Of a stretch of 64,000 bases of DNA, positions 63,401-64,000 are shown piece by piece. The number at the start of each line of letters is the position of its first letter. Position 1 is the first letter of the stretch. Source of the stretch: Bilabrum cf. latius (Eukaryota); the NCBI GenBank assembly GCA_965178125.1, contig OZ237744.1, positions 1,054,001 to 1,118,000 on the forward strand, in the 5' to 3' direction. The notes beneath the pieces are model-generated. The model worked only from the letters and a program-made list of their open reading frames with translations, had not been told where the DNA came from and made no database searches. A program made the position numbers and the translations under genes.

Positions 63401-64000
63401 CTCCATCCGGGGGTGGGCCGATTACCCGCTGCCACTGATGCTGCACATGGTTGGGAGGGCCGGCAGGACCGGCATCGACGAGGACGGGGCCTGCGCCGTG
63501 CTGTGCGCCGCTTCCAGGCGGGACGGCCTGCGAAGCTTCTTGTTCGAGCCACTCCCCGTGGAGAGTCTCCTCGACCAGGAGCTGGAGGAGCACCTGAACG
63601 CTGCCGTGGCAGAGGACCGCGTGAGGTCGACGCACCTGGCCATGGAGTGGACCTCCTGGACGCTGCTCTCGAGGCGTCTCAGGAAGAACCCGAACTTCTA
63701 CAACCTGCAGGGGCGCTCCTCCAGGCACCTCTCCGACCACGTCAGCGAACTCATCGAAGGTTCGCTGAAGGAGCTCTCCGAGACGAGGTGCGTGGCACTT
63801 GCGGACGAGGCGGCCATCGCCCGGGGTTGGGTCGACGACGCTGGCAGGGTGTCCCTGCCGCCCGCAGCGGGGCTGGACCCCGAGGACGTGGAGGACCTGG
63901 TGGAGCCTCTGAACCTGGGTCTCGTGGCGGCGTACTACGGCATTCGCCACACCACGATGGAGGTGATGCACGTGGCCCTCTCTGCCCGCACCAAGCTCAA
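57459..64000 (+). CDS. SNRNP200: U5 snRNP 200-kDa helicase Brr2, 3'-truncated by the window (introns 57501-57667, 57805-57910)
   Basis: EYRA|NTNLVL..EPTGE..RMGDR, YRPSTQES, APTGAGKTN, DEVHLLHD, STATLAWGVNLPAH, QMLGRAGRPQFD, a Sec63 unit and a second helicase cassette. One TAG at 58716-58718. Confidence 0.97.

Noticed and set aside
59118-63971. Long minus-strand ORFs (669, 533, 247 aa), and similar antisense ORFs over Arp3, TyrRS, PKA and CFAP46
   Set aside because: Expected antisense open frames of high-GC3 genes; the real genes are on the opposite strand.

Overview
Gene-dense, GC-rich nuclear DNA from a flagellated protist, with short GT-AG introns; the lineage cannot be fixed from the sequence alone. 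The main result is a non-standard nuclear genetic code. TAG is read as a sense codon, almost certainly Gln: by hand I count about 85-90 in-frame TAGs in 17 genes. Several sit at conserved Gln positions of SmF, Rrp46, MAK16 and NAXD. I saw no internal in-frame TAA; 19 traced genes end in TGA and SmF ends in TAA. UAG and UAA therefore appear uncoupled (UAG=Gln, UAA/UGA=stop), unlike the ciliate UAR=Gln code. Re-read this way, the fragmented ORF track collapses into about 21 genes: SmF, Rrp46, a PINK1-like kinase fused to about 21 armadillo repeats, MAK16, NUXM, an SPFH protein, a MORN protein, FAM241-like, Tim22, a WD40 protein, Arp3, a ~4350-aa CFAP46, TyrRS, TMEM175, PKA-C, a NAXD with an apparent large N-terminal extension, Brr2 and several hypotheticals. 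A long MAK16 intron holds two box C/D snoRNA candidates with LSU rRNA antisense guides. Homologue comparisons are from memory, not database searches.
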